Assembly (NCBI RefSeq): GCF_041956535.1
Contig: NW_027192194.1
Location: 465,444 to 529,443, forward strand
Direction of reading: 5' to 3'
DNA from: Calcarisporiella thermophila CBS 279.70
Lineage: Eukaryota > Fungi > Calcarisporiellomycota
DNA length: 64,000 bases
The notes under the pieces are model-generated. The model had not been told where the DNA came from and searched no databases. It saw nothing but the letters and a program-made list of their open reading frames with translations. Positions 41,403 through 54,810 of this stretch are shown one piece after another; position 1 is the stretch's first letter, and each line of letters opens with the position of its first letter. Made by a program: the position numbers and the translations under genes.

Positions 41403-41895
41403 TTCTAATAGCTAAAGATCATGTGGATAAGTGCGAAGAGATTTTGCTTATACTTTATTTTAAAGATGATGGATATATTGTCTTATAATGTCTATGGGTT
41501 TTCCTTGTTTTACTATTTATCTAATTGTTGTTTATTTATTGCCCTGCTTTTCCCTTATTCATGTCCAAGCTAATACTCTATAACATGAAAATAAATCTTT
41601 ATCTCGTCGTGCTCACATACTTGAAACAATCTGAAAAGTTAGTTGTGTGACGCTTTAAGAAAGGAAAAAAAGCTCACAGATAGATGCAAAATTTGAAGAT
41701 GTGTAAAGGAGATTTGCTTTTCTCTTACCAATGTAGCTGGGCCCAATCCTATGTTAAGGACACCAGGAGTGATAAATTTTTTGCTTTTTTTATACCCATA
41801 ATAGTCAGCTTTCGAAAGTTTAAACACCGCTTGTGGCTAATCTGTTGTATATAAATTATTCTGCGCCACACATTTGTTTATGCTTTCCGAAATCG

Positions 41896-41902
41896 TATAA
41901 AA
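41896..41902 (+). promoter_or_regulatory. TATA box upstream of the putative snoRNA
   Basis: TATAAAA about 35 nt upstream of the first snoRNA stem. Confidence 0.45.
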
Positions 41903-41936
41903 GCTCGCCTAAATGCATATTTTGTTTCTTTGGCTA

Positions 41937-42106
41937 TTTCCCCGTTTTCTTTTGGACGCTGCTTGGTTCAAAATCGAGCAGCGTTTGAATGATATTCGTC
42001 TATTATTCTTATGTACGAGGGCGGGAAGAGGAAATTTACAACACCATATTAATCGCGGCGTATCAGCCCTTTACTGGTAACGCCGTTTCATGCCATGGTG
42101 ACAATT
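41937..42106 (+). ncRNA. Box H/ACA snoRNA, predicted guide for LSU rRNA pseudouridine equivalent to yeast 25S psi2314 (snR86-like)
   Basis: 5' stem-loop domain, H box AGAGGA (42027-42032), 3' hairpin CACCAT/ATGGTG + GCGGCGT/ACGCCGT, pocket strands TTAATC (42049-42054) and TTCATGC (42087-42093) complementary to rRNA GCAUGAA-U-G-GAUUAA, ACA box 42101-42103 exactly 14 nt from the top of the pocket. Confidence 0.85.
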
Positions 42107-42297
42107 CATTTCGTACAATGATAAAATCGACGTAAAAAAAAATTGCAAGTTTCTATCTAAAGAGAATTCATCAAGGAAACAAAATGTTGGAAGATGTTAT
42201 TTGGGTGCATTAAAAGGGAATATAACCCTTACAAATAGAAGTGTCACGAGGATATTAAATAGTAAACAGCGCATAGAAAAGTGTCCAGAATGTTTAT

Positions 42298-45200
42298 TTA
42301 CAGAAACATTGGATTGTCTTGTACTAGAGCATCAAAGTGATTTACCACGCGAGCACGAAAATGAGGGGTATTCGCAACCTCATAACGGAATGGATCTACG
42401 CCGAAATTTAATGAAGAACGAGGCCATCCTCGAGAATGGGGTAAACACGGGCTCCATGTGAGAGGGAGTCGCAAATATACGAAATCTATATAGCCAGAGA
42501 ATTAAAAAAGTAATCGGCAGAAGAATCTTAATGACAAGAGAACATTACCGTTCCGACACCCATTGTGTGAAAAGAAAAGCACCGTGGATCCTAACAGCCG
42601 GGCTACTCCACACCCTATCACGTCTCCGTCGAATAAACAGAGATCGGGTATCGCGTAAAGTAGGCCGACCTCTGCTTCACAGTTACTATCTAGTGCCGGT
42701 TGAATACGATGTTGTTCGATATCTGACACACATTGTCCCTCTAGTTTTTGCAAAAAAACTCTCCATCTCATATGTAGGCTCGGATGAATCCACTTGGGAG
42801 ATGGATTGGTATGTGAAAAAAAACCGATGTTTATAAAACAAGATAGCGGCAAGCCTGCCTTTCGTGTCGATGAAGCCAAGCTGAGAGAGCCTATTACAGG
42901 GAATAAAGCTATAGGTATGCGTGTTCACAATAAATGAGAAATATCCTTACCTTTCCTCTCTGGCCCCTCCAAGGCCACACACTGCTTCCATATACAGGAA
43001 TGGCTCTTGGAATGCAGCCAACTGCTGTGCATCACCACTTGATTGCTTATTTTCTTGATATATCACGTCAAAAATAGTGGCAGTTTCCTCTCCTTTGTTC
43101 CCTGCTTCTACAGTTTCCACTCCAGACATCGCTTCCAAGCTTTCCACCGCTTCAACAGGCTCTATCGGCGCATGGCCGGGGCTGTCAATATCGACATCAA
43201 GTAGTGCTCGAGGATGCTCACCCTCTCCTTCATCACTCGTCGGATGGTCGATTGGTTCCGAAGGCATGCCAGTGCAAGCATTAGATGCTATTTCGGGATC
43301 ATGCATGTGTAAAACTGCTGCAATCGGCTCATAGTCGTCGGGAAGATACTTGAGCCTGTCAATAGAGTCACCAAATCTGGCTCTGCAGCCTTCACCAGAA
43401 GCAACAGATATTGCCGGATACCAGATTTTTCTTGTGTCCACTTTACCGAATGCCACTCCAAGTGGTGCTCCATTTCGTGAATAGGATATTTTGCCTGCGT
43501 CAAGATCAAGTGCAACCGTTATCACGTCGCCCTTTGACCACCGATCCCCATATCGCTTGGGTAAGTGTACAGATCCATGCCATTTCATGCAGCGCTCTCC
43601 GTCATAAGAATAAGATTCCGAGTCATCACCGACACCATTGCCTCCAGCTGCATCAAAATGACATCGGTCCGTCGCCCACCCTACTTGAATCATCCCGTCT
43701 GTCTTCAGTACAATCTCATATGCATATTTACCTCCGCCAGTCACCCCGTGTGTCGCACACACGCTTTCGAAGGTCCCCGCGTCATTCCGTACCTCAAGAT
43801 GGTCATAGGAGAGACAGAGGAGAGAGGTTTTGCGGTTCAAGCTCCATTCCACACAATGGGGACGGTTTGAAGTAGGCCATCCGATCTCGTCCACATAGTG
43901 TGAGGCCAAGGTATTGAGCAGGAGCTGGCCGTAGAAGTCAAAAAGCGGCGACTCATGAGAGGCAAGAGCACGCCAGACTGCAATCCCAACTGTAATGGAA
44001 TCAGTGGTGGAAAGTGCCTTTTCATAGCGTGTATAGATTGCCAAGGATTCAACGGATATGTCCACCAAAGAGCGGGTGCACTTGAAAAGTCTTAATATTC
44101 CGCGAACAAAATGCGCCTGCTTTAGCTGATCACGCACTTCCTCAAAACGCATCAAGCTATTTAATATATGCAACGAGTGCCCGGACAATAGCCTTTTAAT
44201 CTTTCCAGATTTTCTCGATTCCCCATCTTCTTCTCTCTGCTCTCTCTGTTGTTGGGCAAATCGCGATAGAAGTCCAACATTATCCAAACACCCCAATTCC
44301 TCTCCTGTGTCCTCTGTTTTATTGTTGTTCCCCGATCCAATCAACTGTGCATATTCCATTGCCACATTCAAGTCATGCTCTGATTCTGATTCACTTTCTG
44401 AAAAGTCCTTGAATGTTTCTAGAGCAGCAAAGTAAGCTTCATTTTCTCCTCGGTTTAGTTCATTGAATTTCCGTACGAAGCTAGCGCGAGATATCGAGGT
44501 CGTCAACGCAGGCTGTGCACATATGATGAGCAGGGTTGCAATTAGGTTATGGACAAGTGATGGCTCTTTCATGGCAATTTCGCTATCCGTACGACAGAGT
44601 TCGAGCATGAATTTCGAAGAGAGCTCATGATTATCAAAGAGTATGGAAAGGGTATGCAGTTGAGCAACAAGATAATCAAATGATTTTGAACTAGAGGAAA
44701 GGAGTCTTGCGGGAGTTTCCGGTGGGTTATAGAGGTTTACTCCGGTAATACTCGTAGCGAGTTCGATAATTTGGTGGATGAAAGGCCGTATGACTTCGTA
44801 TAAAAACTGCGAAAAAAGAGAGCTATCTAGAAAGAGGCCAAAAGTTTAGTGACAGGAGCATATAGAAATCATAAAAATTTACCTTTAATGGCAAGCATCA
44901 ACAGGGCATCTGCACAAGTGATCAAAATATCCTCATTTTTGGAAGTGAGAAGTGCGTTCGAAAGCAGTTTCACAGAGCCAGCTTCAATAAAACCAATGGC
45001 AAACTCATCTATTCACGTGTATCTATAAAATCATTTTTTCATAACATAGCCAGAGCACATCCAATGTAACTTACTCGACATGCTGGATAGGTTGAAAACC
45101 ATGGCAGCCACGTCCTTGAATACCTCTGTATCTTCCGATTTAAGAAGTTCACATAATCGTGGTAAGAGATTCGGCTCGCCAGAAAGCCACTTGATATTTG

Positions 45201-47336
45201 CATCTAGATTAAAAATAGAAAAAAAGTTCATTAACACACTAGAAGAAAGTGTACAGAGAGCTAAGATTAACGATACTTGCGTGAAGTACAAAGCATGGAA
45301 ATAAGTTGGACAGACAAGGATATCATCTGCTTGCTTGAATTTGATGAATCTGGAGAGTTATTATTCGATGATCTCGTAAGGTCGAGAAGCACAGCGAGCC
45401 CACCAGCATTGAATATCTTCTCATGGCATTGCACTAAAATAGTATAATTAAATCAGCCCTCCCCCCCAAAAAAAACATCAAGATTCAATTACTACAATGA
45501 CTTACAATGTTTGCCTAACTCTCGTAGCATCCAAAGGGACCAATATTGTATATCCTCTTCGTTTGAAGTCAAGCATTCCACTACATGCTTCACAAGTCCA
45601 CATCGAATAATTTCAATCTGATAATCATCTAATATAGCAAAATATAAATATACTTGAGGGGATTTTAAATAAATATCCCTATAAAAATACCTTGTTTATG
45701 AGAGAGTAGCGTCAATACTCGAAGTACAATGCGGGAAACGGCTAGACCCTCCATACTTAGGAGATTAGCCATAGAGCGAAGAATGGATTTTATCGATCGA
45801 AATAATTCAAGATTGACATCTACGCAACTTTAATTAGAACTGAATGAGTAAAACGGAAAATATGAATACTACCTCGTACCGCATACTCATGTAAGAGCAT
45901 CAGTCCCCACCAAAGGAGTTCATAGTCCTCTACAAAAAGAACAAATTTGTAAGATAAACCCTTTGCAAATCCTATATATAAAGTGACCGTACCACTCTTC
46001 AGACATGTGGCGATGATAGACCCAATATCACACTCCAATAGATCCCGTAGATGCTTTTGAACCACTCCAACTATGCATGGAATCATTACCATATTAGCTA
46101 TCATGTAAATTAGAGGTATCAACTGAGTTACTTTGTGTTTCGCTACTAATTAAAGTGACCAGAGCCTGCATCATGTATTTGGGCATGACTAGACTTCCAT
46201 AGGTTGCGAGGGTCATCCGAGCAAATACTGGGAGAAAACCGGCTTCAATAAGCTTGGGCTGAACAGGTTCTAGTAGGAATTGTTATAGATAAATATATGT
46301 TTTTAAATAAGTACTGAACATCCTTACTGCATTGCGACACTAAGAATGCGACCATTAAACTCCAGTATCGAAGCTCATTATTATTAGGGTACTTTGAAAG
46401 TATATTTAAAATGGATTCAAGAATGCCTTGCTGAACTATTTGCTCCTTTCTTGTATCTAATAACAATCGCCATAGAAAACTGGATTAAATGAAGGTTCTG
46501 ATAAGAATTAAATGACGCGCATTTTACCATTTCTATCAATTAAAAAAGTTATAACAGCCATAGCTGCCCGAAGTGTTGGCTCGGTGCTCTCTGTGTATTT
46601 TTTAGTCTCGAGTTCCGCCACTATCTCTACCATTGTATCAAGTGTTCTCATTTCTGCGAGTCGATCTAGGTTGGAATCTGATACACAAGGGAGATATATG
46701 ACAAAACTTGTAGTGACTCTGTAAAAGTGGCAAAAATGATATATGCTTACCTTGCCTGGCTAGCATTTGAATTGCAGTTACACCTTTTAGGCGTATCTTA
46801 GGATCTTCATCACGACATGAGTATAAAAGAAAATTTAGATTTTCGTCTGAAAATGCAAGGCATATTTCAGAATGTGAATTTTTACATAGATATAAAATAT
46901 ATTAATGATCAGTACTAGATTATGTGAAAGTAAAACAGCACACACCTGACATAGCCCGGCTTAAAACAATTCTCAAAGAGCTATAATAAAGATAAGTGTA
47001 GGGTTAAGAGATTATCCTTCAGAGTATTCAAATCGCTTATATTTGGCAATGCAGTAGAGTATTTAATACCTCTGGGAAAGACTTGCGTCCCCAAATTTGA
47101 CGAGTTCCGCTAAAGCTGGCAAGCTTATTACTAAAATTAACATAATTATTATTGATTCAAGTAATTTCTTAAAGAGGCATAGGCTTACCGTTTTCCATTT
47201 CTCTAACCATTTTCTTTGCACGATTACTTCTATTTCGCTTCGATTGGAATTGTTTTATCGCTACATATACAACCATTACTGAAGCCATGCCAGCAAAGAA
47301 GCTGAATGCGACACCTGCCGCGCCTGCTTTAACCAT
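42298..47336 (-). CDS. Multi-exon protein: N-terminal TM anchor, armadillo-type repeats, RSPRY1-like SPRY domain and a second degenerate SPRY
   Basis: MVKAGAAGVAFSFFAGMASVMVVYVAIKQF TM; repeated helical units (ELRYWSLM, ELLWWGLMLLHE, IFNAGGLAVLLDL); LEVRNDAGTFESV..YAYEIVLKTDGMIQVGWAT..GVGDD..SYSYDG; terminal GDVIGCG..LNFGVDPFRY; exon structure approximate. Confidence 0.75.
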
Positions 47337-48359
47337 TTGCAGTAACAGCTAGCCCGATAAATAATAATATCCACGTTACAAAATATATCTATACATTCGA
47401 AGGGAGTTGAATGAATTATTACCGAGTACAAATGAAGTACGATTATCCGATTATTCCTAACCGGCTATCCCATAGAGAATAGTTGAATGATAGCCGTTTA
47501 ATTCATAATTCAAGCAATTTTGGAGTGGTTAATGCAACCACAACACACATATTTTATGAATAATCTCTATATCATTTCTACAAAAAGCTGCTTCTTAGTA
47601 CATCATTTTCCGGTCCGATTGATTTATACCCAAAAGAATAAACCATTCTTATAACATGAGTACCAAATGAATTTTGATTTAAAACAGCTCTAACTTCTAA
47701 TGCCAGATTTTATGGCCAGAGAGATTTAACTCTTATTTTCGCAATAAAATATAAATCATGTGGGTATTCTCTTAACAGTTTCTAAATAAAAATATGTTGT
47801 TCTCTTCCCTGCTCACCATATATTCTTTTATTGCTGGAATTTTAATTGTTCGTGATCGAATGGCATTAACATATTGGACTTCACCCGGTAGTTATGGTAG
47901 GTTTGATTTATTTCATATATCAAATGTTCTTCTAGCTTATATAATCAATCATTTTGTAAAGCCGTCAGTGATAGGCTTGACTACGATATAAATGCACAGC
48001 TTATGCTATATATTCGCGTAATGCATTACCTTCAGATGTTGCTCGAAATACGGGGTTGATTCACTTTTCTTAATATGGGTTATCTATATTATAATTAGAA
48101 TTTCTAATTAATATTATGTGTCCTAGTTCTTTCTTTTTTTTTTTCATCCTTTATATTTCATTGATAAAGAGTATAGGAGGTAGGCCTAATTTCGTTGGAG
48201 TATATTCTGTTGTTGTCTTATTTATACACATTTATTTGGCTGTTATTAATTTTGGTCGTGGATGCATTCTTTTTAATTTGGTACTAATATTCTATGCCAT
48301 TCTTTCCCTTTCTCTTTGGTGTAGTTAATTAGCATATCATTAGTTCAGGTCTTAAAATC

Positions 48360-48973
48360 ATGGAGAAATTTAAGGAGGTAATTTGACCTATTATACACAT
48401 TATTTCATGCTTTCTTTTTCAACTTTTATTTCTGCAGAAACTTAACGTTCTTCGCAATGAAGTTGATGCCGCCAACTTACGCGCTGAAGCTGCAGAACGA
48501 CATGCCAAGCAGCTGGAGCTTGAAAACACGAATAAAGATCACGAAATCCATTCATTACAGACACGTTTGCTAAATTTGGAGGCAGAACTTGAACGTGCAG
48601 AGATACGAATCCGCGAAGCTAAGGCAATTGAGGAGGACGAGGCAAACTCGAAAAATCAGAATGAGAGTTTATTGCGAAAAATTGCCTTATTAGAAGGTGA
48701 GCTAGACAATGCCGAGAGAAATTTAAAGGAAATGACGCAAAAGTATGGCCTAGTGCTGGTCCACGTCAAAATATTTCTAATACTGACGATTTTTTTTATG
48801 TGAATATCAGTTTCCGTGAAGCCGACGTGAAAGCGGAGCACTTTGAACGCAAGATGCAGCAGATGGAAATTGAGCGCAACGAGTTGGAACGTAAGATAGA
48901 GGAGCTGACAGCCAAATATAGAGAATCGCAAGAAGAGCTCAACAACTTGCATAAGCAACTGGAGGAGATATAA
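48360..48973 (+). CDS. TPM1: Tropomyosin
   Basis: MEKFKE|KLNVLRNEVDAA..coiled coil..|FREADVKAEHFERK..LEEI*; fungal-length tropomyosin. Confidence 0.93.
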
Positions 48974-49353
48974 TGTGAGCCAAAATGTGGCACGCTATTT
49001 AATGTTATAATTAAATGTGATCTTAAGTTTCTACTTGTCCCCTATTTTTACAGCAAGTTCATGTTGGTTCTCTACTTTAGCCATGTGGAGATGAGATTGA
49101 ACATTTTCTTGTTTCAGATGTGAGGCGTTCAATTCCCTAATTATTTACATTACTATTATCCAATATATACTCAACTAAAGATATATGTGATATCACTTCG
49201 ATGTTTATGTTATAACTCTGGCTTTGACATAAAGAAGACAGTAGTGTTGTAAATACCTGTATTCTGTCGAGACACCCAGATTCCAAGACACAAACGCGTA
49301 GCAATATAAAAGAAAAATTTTACATGAAAAGAAACACAAACTAAATTGCAAAT

Positions 49354-50784
49354 TTATTTGTAGAACTCGAAATCGACGTCTGTCTTTTTCACATTTGATT
49401 TATATCCCTTTTCAATATCCTTGCTTAGGATGACGTATCTGTTCTTACGCACTGCATGCATACCCGCCTCCTGGCAAATGGCGGCTATTTCTGCACCTGA
49501 AAGCTTATCAGGACGAGAGACAACTAGAATAAATATTGCACAGTTAACCATTGGCTCTAATGATGATTTAGCAGCACTATTAACTTACAGTCTTCAAGGT
49601 CGACCTCTTCTGAGAGGTTCATCTTAGAGGTAATAGTTTGGAATATTAATCGCTTCTGTCGGCGATCTGGAGTCGGGAATTCGATCTTCCTGTCCAGACG
49701 GCCTGGTCGCAAAAGCGCAGGATCCAGTGTATCTGCACGATTTGTAGCCATGATCACTTTGATATTTGAAGTTTGATCGAACCCATCCATTTGATTGAGC
49801 AACTCTAGCAAAATTCTTTGAACTTCACGGTCTGCACCAGTCTGTGCATCGAATCGCTTCGTCGCAATAGCATCGATTTCATCAATGAAGATAATGGATG
49901 GAGCATTTTCTCTCGCAAGACGAAACACATCACGCACCATCCGTGGGCCTTCACCAAGATACTTCTGAACGAATTCAGATCCAACAACACGGATAAAAGA
50001 CGCAGTAGTGTGGTGCGCAACCGCTTTTACAAGCATAGTTTTACCTGTACCGGGAGGTCCATAGAGCAGCACACCTCGCGGCGGGTCAATACCAATTTGG
50101 CGGTAAAGATCAGCGTGAGTCAAAGGTAGCTCAACTGCCTCTCTAATCTCTTGCTTTTGCATGTCAAGACCACCAACATCTTGATATGTGACATCCGGCT
50201 TTTCATCAGCACCCAACATTGCAATACTACTATCGGCCTCGGGTGGGAGAACATCAACAAGGGCATTTGAATGACGATGTAATGCCACTGAAGATCCAGG
50301 TTTCAAAAGTTCGCGATCAATTGTGCTAAGAATTCGGACAGCTATTTAATTTTTAAAAGTTAGCGTATAAAAATTGACATTGGCTATTACTAAATGCTGT
50401 TTTTTTTACCGTAATTGGATCCTGTAGTCGATCCAACAATTCCCGTATGCTGGTCAATTGCTTCTAAGAACTGACCGATCACAAGGGGAACGGATTGGAT
50501 GCGACGTACTTCCTCCTGAGCGCGTACCAGTTCACCGCGTAAATTCTTCTGCTCATCCTTAATATATTCTTCTTGCAATTCGAGAAATTCGAGATGTCGT
50601 TGCAGCTTCTTCAGCTTGACATAGAGATCTTCCTCGCTCAAATCTTCAAGAACGGAGATTTTAGTCGCGTCGGCAACGGACTCCTATATACATTATTAAT
50701 CAGCTAACTCCATAATCTACAAAGAAATCAAAATTGTCAACAACATACATCCTTCTTAGACACAACAATTCCGATTTCTTCCAT
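49354..50784 (-). CDS. RPT3: 26S proteasome regulatory AAA-ATPase Rpt3 (subunit 6B)
   Basis: MEEIGIV.., [47 protein letters not shown]-terminal FEFYK. Confidence 0.98.
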
Positions 50785-50974
50785 GATTTTATATTATCTT
50801 TATAAAAACGAATCTGAACAAAATATTTCAAAATATGACTTGCCTCAGCTTACGCACGCCGAAATCACTTATAGTACAGTACTAGAAATCCTTGGTGGCT
50901 TAGGTGAATCTATATCTAGATATCTTTTCGCGTTGTGGGGGCCAAGATAACATCGAATAGACATCATTGTAATA

Positions 50975-51754
50975 ATGCCAGTAAGTTATCTATCAATTGA
51001 TATTTGATTGCTGAAAACGTCCTCTAATAATGATGATCCCATGTTGCAGGCGTATCATTCTCAATTCAATGAAGCGACTGAATTTCGATCGCTAGGGAAC
51101 ATGGTAATGCTTCCCATTAAAACAAAAGTTCGTGGACCTGCACCTCCCCCAAGTAAGTATATAGTACAAAACGGCAAACCTTTTTAAGAGGTTTACCGGG
51201 ATGATGAATATTTTATTTTCTCTTTATTCACTTTTTCATTTTGATGATATATCTATATTTTATCAGGTGATCCCACTGCAGATGATATAATTGACGAAGC
51301 CCTCGATCTCTTCCGCGCGAATTGCTTCTTCCGCAATTTCGAAATTAAGGGACAAGCAGACCGTGTACTTATCTATCTCATCCTCTTCATCTCTGAATGC
51401 CTCAATAAACTTGCAACAAAGCCTTCCTCTCAAGGGGATGCAGTCAAGACACTTAATACTGTCGCACTACAGAACTTTGCTATTCCAGGGGATCCAAATT
51501 TCCCTTTGAATGCATTGTATCAAGCGCCAAAAGACCGTAATGAATCCGGTAAGCAAAATATAAAATATGATGTAGCTTCATTGCATTAGGCGCTTGTTAA
51601 TCTATTAAATGAAATAGATATTTTGCGACAATATATGAGCCAGCTGCGTCAAGAGCTAGCGAATCGTTTGGTGGAGCGTGTTTATGTGGACGGGAAGCCA
51701 AGCAAGTGGTGGATGTGTTTTGCAAAGCGAAAGTTCATGAACAAGTCGCTTTAA
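50975..51754 (+). CDS. ARPC3: Arp2/3 complex subunit 3 (p21-Arc/Arc18)
   Basis: MP|[68 protein letters not shown]. Confidence 0.97.
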
Positions 51755-52372
51755 TCTTTCTCGTTTCATTTTGGTTTATCTTCAGAATAAATTTGACAAT
51801 TATTTTCACATAATATCCTATCATAGCTGTAAATTCGACCATCGGGTATAGGATAGTCTGCTTTTTAGGTGGCATACTGTCACGTTACTTATATAATAAG
51901 CTATGTCGACTGGTATTGTTCTAAGTTGACATACATGGTGGCGGCAATAGCTTGACTTTTTGTGCAATTGGGTGAGAGTTTTTTCAAAGAGCTTTCTACG
52001 AAAGAATAGGTAGGTATAACTTAAAGCAAAGGAGGAAGAATCGCACCAAATATGAAGTTATTGTTGTACTCTTAATGGAGCGTCTATAATTTTCGTTTTT
52101 CAGATGGGTCAAATATATTACAAAATGCTTCGGATTTTTAAAAGCCTATATTTCAGTAGCTTCGATAGAAATTTGGCCTGAATAATTGCCTGGGGACGGG
52201 AGACTAATTAATGCTTCCCAGTGGTCTATTCCATTTGATTTCTCCCCGCTCTAAATTTTAAGTGCCACCAAACATTCTCCGAAGGCTCAAATTCTCTTAG
52301 CTATACATTTGCAAATTCTACTCTTATTAAGTATCCTTTCTCTATTATATTCTCTGCTGAACAACTCTCAGC

Positions 52373-54810
52373 ATGACTATTCCCATCCAAGCTTATATTG
52401 GTATATATGTTTAATTTTGTCAAGAAATATTAGCATTAATTTATCCCATCTAATATTTACTTATAGATCGCGCTTGCGATCCAATGCGTTACGAGCCCGA
52501 TCTGGCACTCAATCTCGAGATCTGTGATATTATCGTTAAAAAAGCTGGAAATACGTAAGTTTTTAGCTTATTATATAATATCGTTAAAGATATTGCTTTC
52601 GACCGCTTTGGAATTGGATTTTTTTTTTGACAAATTTATGAAATGAATTTTTATATTTGTCAAATATATTATAGACCTCGCGATGCCGCAATGCACATCG
52701 TGAAACTGATCAATAATCGCAACTTAAATGTATCGTTACTTGCACTGACAGTAAGATCTCCTGCACTAGTTTCATTTTTTAAGCTTTGAATTTCATTCTG
52801 ACCTCGACTTTTTTTCTCAGCTCCTCGACCACTGTGTCAAGAACTGTGGCTACCCTTTTCATCTGCAAATAGCCACCAAGGAATTTCTCAATGAACTAGT
52901 CAAACGATTTCCAGAACGACCGCCTGCTGTTCCTAATGCTTCAATGCATCGCATCTTGCAAATGATTGGCGAATGGAAGATGACCTTGTGCAGCAATTCT
53001 CGACATCGAGAGGATCTTATCCACATCAAAGATATGTATAGGTTGCTTTCTTTTAAGGGATATAGATTCCCGGCAATGCGCGATGACTCCGTGGCCGCAC
53101 TAAATCCCAGTGAGAATCTGAAATCAGCCGAAGAACTTGAAGAGGAGGATCGGGTAGCTCAGTCGGCGGTATATGTTTATTTTATATATACTAAAATAGA
53201 AAATTTGGGGCAAGACCTGACGATTTCCTATATAGAAATTGCAAGAGTTGATTCGAAGAGGAAGACCAGAGGATTTGGTTAAAGCTAATGAGTTAATGAA
53301 GATAATGGTTGGATATGTAAGTAAGCGTACGCTATTATCCATTGAGAATGACGCGTCTGAATTTTTTCTTGTTTTGCTTTAGGAAAAAAGAGGTCGGCCA
53401 AACTATAGACAACAAATGAACGAGCAGCTCGAAAAAATTCATCAAAAAGCCCTCTTACTTAATGATATGCTCTCGAATGTGAGACCTGGAGATAATATCG
53501 GTGGTGATATCTATGAGGTAGAAAAAAATCATTTCTTCGTCATTTTGTTATGAAGTGGATCTATAATCTCTGGACTGTTTTAGGAAATGGCATCCGCTTG
53601 TAAAGTTGCACAGTCAAAACTACAAAAGATAATAGGAGATGAGGAAAACCCTGAAAGCATAGAGAAATTATTGATGATCAACGACACGATCAACAGCGTG
53701 CTTGACAACTACGCGAACATTCGAAATGGTATTTACTCGACAGAGCCAGGTGCTTCCCCTATTGCACCAGGGTAAATATTATTAGTGCTCAGCTAATTTA
53801 TTTCTGAATTTGAGGCTAATGTATAATGTCGTAGCAACATGGAAAAGCAAATTGCTGCAGTCACTGCCTCGCTTATTGATCTTGACGACTTTGGAACAGG
53901 CACTGAAAATACCCCACAGCAAAATCAGGCAAATTCTGGTGACGGTGCTTCGAATTTGGTGGATGATTTACTCGGCCTTTCATTTAATGATAATTCAGCA
54001 AGTACTGGTTTTGGTATCGGTGGCAACATTGCGTTGCCTTTGGGAGGTGCATCTCAAGGTAAACACGCTTTTTTTGAATCAAACTTCCTAAGATAGTAGC
54101 CTTATTTCCAAACTTAACAGCTATTTCGAACCCCCCTTCCACAGGATTACAAGTTGGTATGCCTACCTCCCTTTCGCAACCCACCTCGGGTGGTATGTTT
54201 AGTGTTTTGGATATCTACCTGGATGTTCCTCCTAATATTCTTTCCATCTGTAATTTTAGTGAATCCAGTGAATGCCAGTGCATTTAATACGAATCCAGCT
54301 TCCCAGAATCTTGACTTTTTCTCCTCAACTCCCGCTAAACCAATTTCTCCTACGCCTAGCAATGACTCCTGGGCATTCGCGAGTCCCCGTCCACAATCAG
54401 CTAACAGTGTCGGGTCGAATTCGTCACAAACCGCATCTATACCTTCCTCTGTCTCTGCCAATGCTCCTTCCAACAGTTTTTCCGTTATGCTGATGGACAA
54501 AAATGGACTACGTGTTGAGCTAGACGTGAAGCGCGGAGATAGCAATGTCCAGCTACACACTCGATTCTCCAACACTACAACTGTTCCTATGAATGACCTT
54601 ACTTTTCATCTTGCTGTACCTAAAAGCCAGCAACTTCGAATGGAGCGTCAATCATCCCATGTTCTCCCCCCACTCTCCCAGGATGGCGTTACTCAGATGA
54701 TACACATCCAAAACCCGAATCGTGAGCCATTGCGGATACGGTACAAGGTAAATTACACGCAAAACGGTGTAAAACTCGAAGAAACTGGAGAATTCTCAAA
54801 GTTTTCTTGA
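52373..54810 (+). CDS. GGA2: GGA clathrin adaptor (VHS-GAT-GAE)
   Basis: YIDRACDP..EPDLALNLEICD, LDHCVKNCGYPFHLQIATKEFLNELV, LLSFKGYRFP, LKSAEELEEEDR, clathrin box SLIDLD, GAE LAVPKSQQLRM. Confidence 0.95.

Noticed and set aside
52331-52371. GTATCCTTT, a U12-type 5' splice site consensus upstream of GGA
   Set aside because: No TCCTTAAC-type branch point downstream and the implied intron would be only about 41 nt
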